From Octopus bimaculoides (taxonomy: Eukaryota), in the NCBI RefSeq assembly GCF_001194135.2, contig NC_068982.1, positions 15,666,302-15,701,280 on the forward strand: a stretch of 34,979 nt of DNA, in the 5' to 3' direction. Of this stretch, positions 33,793 through 34,979 are shown piece after piece. The first letter of the stretch is position 1; the number at the start of each line of letters is the position of its first letter. The position numbers were made by a program, and so were the translations under genes. Under the pieces are notes generated by a model. It ran no database searches, was not told the origin of the DNA, and was given only the letters and a program-made list of their open reading frames with translations.

Positions 33793-34414
33793 AAGGAGGA
33801 AGTTTTTTTTTCAGAGGAAAAAAAAAATAGACAATTGTATAGAACTAAGAGGTTAAAAAAAAAGGTGAGAAAAATAGATACGAGAACTAAACAAATAAAA
33901 CGAAATAAGAAAAACACAAATGCAACAAAATTTTGTTTTAAAATGGCTGCTGTAAAATATCAGATTTGTTAAGAAAAAAAACCTGCTGCCAAAAAAACAA
34001 AAAACAAAAAAACAAAGCAAAAAGAATACCAAAATAAAAAAGAAGGAAAAATCTCAGTATGTGAATCTAGCATAGGCATTACTACGAAAAGGTTAAGGAA
34101 ACGGTTGACTGAAATAAAGGTGGAATAACAGCAACAGCAGCAGCAGCAGAAGAAATAACAACAGCAGCGACTGCTGCAGTGATATAAGTGTAATGCATCT
34201 GTTGAGTTAGAAGTGCATACATATTGAGTATTGCTTCAGTAAAGGATTAATGGTTATAGATCTTGTTTCACCATAAATACAAGCTGCAGGATTTTAAGGG
34301 ATGGAAATGTAATAATAATAATGATAATAATCCTTTATACTAAAGGCACAGGGCCTGGGAGTTTGGGGGAGGGAGCTTGTCAATATCAATACTCACTTGA
34401 TGCTCAATGATAAT

Positions 34415-34637
34415 AATAATGGGTTTGAATTTTGCCACAAGGGCAGCAGTTTTGTGGGGGAAGGGAAGAGTCGATTACATCGACCCCCAGTGTTTCATTG
34501 GTACTTATTTAATTGACCTCGAAAGGATGAAAGGCAAAGTTGACCTCGGTGGAATTTGAACTCAGAACGTAGCGGTAGACGAAATACTGCTAAGCATTTT
34601 GTCCGGCGTGCTAACGTTTCTGCCAGCTCGCCGCCTT
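34415..34637 (-). mobile_element. SINE family E, CpG-intact copy
   Basis: Minus strand AGGCGGCGAGCTGGCAGAAACGTTAG...GAGTTCAAATTCC...GCCTTTCATCCTTTCGAGGTC. Confidence 0.85.
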
Positions 34638-34729
34638 AAGACCCTAATATTTCTAGTTAGATGGAAACTACGGGACCACATGGAGCAGAGCCCTGTGACT
34701 CCTATAGTATGTGTAACTGAAATCCATGG

Positions 34730-34818
34730 AAAAGTTGTTTGCCAAACTACTAAGTTACGGGGACGTAAACATACCAACATTGGTTACCAAGCGATGGTGG
34801 GGGAACAAACACAGACAC

Positions 34819-34856
<38 letters not shown>

Positions 34857-34979
34857 CGGGCTTCTTTCAGTTTCCAATTCTATCTACCAAGTCTACTCTC
34901 AAAGCTTTGGTTGGTTCGAGGTTTGCCCAAGGTGCCACGCAGTAGGACTGAACCAGGAACCATATGGTTGGGAAACAAG
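34730..34979 (-). mobile_element. SINE family A, cut by window end
   Basis: Tail, (TA)n hinge and head motifs. Confidence 0.8.

Noticed and set aside
34128-34180. Possible poly-Gln coding tract
   Set aside because: Short CAG/CAA run with flanking stops and no splice support.

Overview
AT-rich, microsatellite-saturated eukaryotic DNA with 10 N-gaps, most next to (TA)n or (CA)n runs, suggesting a short-read scaffold. The repeat families look like those of an octopus or other coleoid cephalopod; this is inferred from pattern recognition, not a database hit. No complete gene, RNA gene or CRISPR array is supported, and most ORFs in the track are translated microsatellites. The window is mainly transposon-derived. 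It holds degenerate fragments of four non-LTR clades identified from translated motifs: an R4/Dong-like restriction-like endonuclease (RLE) C-terminus at 1140-1710 (-), a CR1/L2-type reverse transcriptase at 5530-6725 (+), a CRE-like RLE C-terminus at 17095-17346 (-), and many RTE 3' ends with (GAT)n tails. It also holds about 20 pieces of a tRNA-headed SINE, two other SINE families, a TTAA-flanked piggyBac-type MITE, an 8-bp-TSD hAT-type MITE, a Helentron-type non-autonomous element and a 365-bp foldback palindrome. The most unusual observations are: (1) the piggyBac MITE occurs as a dimer and a trimer sharing one 12-bp spacer, and the dimer sits in a single TTAA of the CR1 fossil; (2) the CRE-like fragment is bracketed by inverted copies of its own tail; (3) the RTE 3' UTR carries a variably amplified hairpin module; (4) a Helentron-type element makes up almost all of a putative intron. 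Several small plus-strand exon-like segments could belong to one unidentified gene, but this is low confidence.
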